A stretch of DNA of 64,000 nt from Ylistrum balloti (taxonomy: Eukaryota): positions 3,906,001-3,970,000 of the forward strand of contig NW_026782299.1 of NCBI RefSeq assembly GCF_031769215.1. The letters run 5' to 3'. Shown here piece by piece: positions 62,224-64,000 of this stretch. Position numbers and translations under genes: made by a program. Numbering within the stretch: the first letter of the stretch is position 1; each line of letters starts with the position of its first letter. Below the pieces are notes generated by a model. It did not search any database and was not told where the DNA came from. It was given only the letters and a program-made list of their open reading frames with translations.

Positions 62224-63919
62224 TTATATCACCATACACAGGCGTACCTGTTTCTGCTCCATACAGAGTGCCAGGTTATGAATTCTTACAAGTCGTACAT
62301 TATCTGTATCTCCAGCGTTAAATACTCGGTAGATACAAAAGTTCTCTTTCTGTTCCTGAGCAAACTTAACTTGTGGTGCGGAGATTTCAAAAACTTCCTT
62401 TTTGTCAGAAACTGTGCTTTTCACTTCAATATATATCACAGAAATTCCAGTTTCTGTGGCAACATGCATTTCAAAATCATACGGCAACCCTGTCTCCTGT
62501 TGCTCATTCATCCATATAACTTGGATGATGTCAGAACTGACCTCTTTCATTTGAAGGAGATAGTAATATACAAGAGTTTCTCCCCACTGGCCAACTGCTT
62601 CTGTCCCAGCACCTGAATCTAGGACTATGTTCTCTGGCAGTTTGAGATCTTTTCTGATGTTCAGCTCTTCGTAGACATACTCACTGGAAACAGTAGCCCA
62701 GGCTGGGTCACCTACAATACAGAAATGGTTCACTAGAAATTAAATGAAATGGTGACGACTTGATCACCCAAGTGAATGGTTGTTATAGAGGTATCTATGA
62801 CAAGTTGCTATGTATCTCACAATAATATTAAAAAATCTGATTTCTGTTGTAGAGGTAACTGTTTTGTTATTCTGTAACATTTTCAAAAGTTGAATCATAT
62901 CTATATCGTAATCATGGAATCATATTTGCCAGAGTGAGTCCATGTTATCTGTATTCAAGGGGTGGGCTTATTAAAGGGCAGTGGAAAAGCATTTGTTTGT
63001 AACAGCAATAGATAGAGGTGGGATGGTTACAAGTATAGACTAGATGTAAGCATTGATGACCTCTGTCTAACTTAACATTTCACAAGGTCAATATAATGCT
63101 TACCGAAGTGCACGCCAGTGAGAGGCTTCTTGGTGGATGGAGGATGAGGTGATCCATCGTCTGGGTGACGACGCTTGTTACTGCTCTGGGTTCCGGGCTC
63201 TTTTTCTTCATTCTGCCCCTCAACAGTGGCAATCTGACCAGAGGACCTGTCTCCTCTGCTCTCTGACTGGATGGATGTTGATCTTTTGACTGTCTGATTA
63301 TCAGAAGACTGTTCTGAAGCCTCCCCTGTGCTGTATGGGCGTTTGGTTTCTCCAGATTCTGACTGACTGTCATCTGCTCGCTTACGCTTCATTCCATCTG
63401 CACAAAGGAAATAGAAGATCAATGAACTCATTAAATTTTCTGACATTCATCTACTTATCTGAACACAATTATGTAGGTGATAAAGAAGAGCTAAACAGAC
63501 TGAAATGAAGTTTATTTTCATTCCATACAGCAACACCTATAGTTTATCACATCTGTATCCTTTTGGATTTTCTGTAAAGGATTCAGTACATCTGATGTTT
63601 AGATAGGTGGAAAAATCTATCGTATTCATGTCCTTCATTAAATAATTCACTTATTTAAACGAAAGTACAGAAGTACTTTTACCACTTTCTCCTGAGCTGT
63701 CCTGTGGAGTAAACTGGCTAACTGATCCAGTCTCAACGATACCACCTTTGGTCTCCAGGTCTCTTTCAGACTTCTCTGTTTTTACAGTTTTCTTTTCAGA
63801 ACTTTCCTCACCATCTATGACTTTAACCCCTGATGGGAGCTCTCTCACACTGCGAATATAATCAGGTGCCTTCGGAGGTGGCCATATGTTAGAGCCAGTA
63901 GACCCTTCCTCTCTTGGAG
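62224..63919 (-). CDS. C-terminal exons of a DUF3883 (protein NO VEIN C-terminal, PD-(D/E)xK-like) protein, 5'-partial. Exons 63919-63683, 63397-63104, 62711-62224
   Basis: Phase-1 junctions are consistent; two low-complexity S/E/K-rich exons precede AVGQWGETLVYYYL...VIWMNEQQETGLPYDFEM...IYIEVKST...FEIS..QVKFA...FCIYRV, the DUF3883 signature. Confidence 0.85.
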
Positions 63920-64000
63920 CTGAAATCAAAAGAACACAAACATTCTGTCAAATGATATATTTTCATGTGAATTAAAGGTATGCATTTTCATTGATATTTA

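Overview
AT-rich, intron-containing animal genomic DNA; the repeat and gene families suggest a bivalve mollusc (inference). Seven genes can be reconstructed by hand with GT-AG junctions and consistent exon phases. (1) LRP3/10/12-type receptor on -, SP-CUB-LDLa2-CUB-LDLa2, running off the window start. (2) Kelch-like gene on + with an unusual tandem BTB-BTB-BACK-Kelch layout. (3) VAPA/B on -, head-to-head across 421 bp with (4) CFAP418/C8orf37 on +. (5,6) Two RING-less B-box/coiled-coil/NHL-like propeller paralogs on +, sharing a 301-bp near-identical tract suggestive of gene conversion. (7) The 3' end of a DUF3883 (NO VEIN-type, PD-(D/E)xK) gene on -. Between them lie about 10 minisatellite arrays, several Helentron-type non-autonomous elements, two decayed CR1/L2-like LINEs, a TIR/foldback-like element and a tRNA-Thr-derived fragment. 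The most striking pattern is that several tandem arrays are amplified copies of functional gene boundaries: a splice donor, two splice acceptors, and the last 10 codons plus stop of a B-box/NHL gene (16 indel-free variant C-terminal 'cassettes'). All gene models and family calls were made by eye without database searches.
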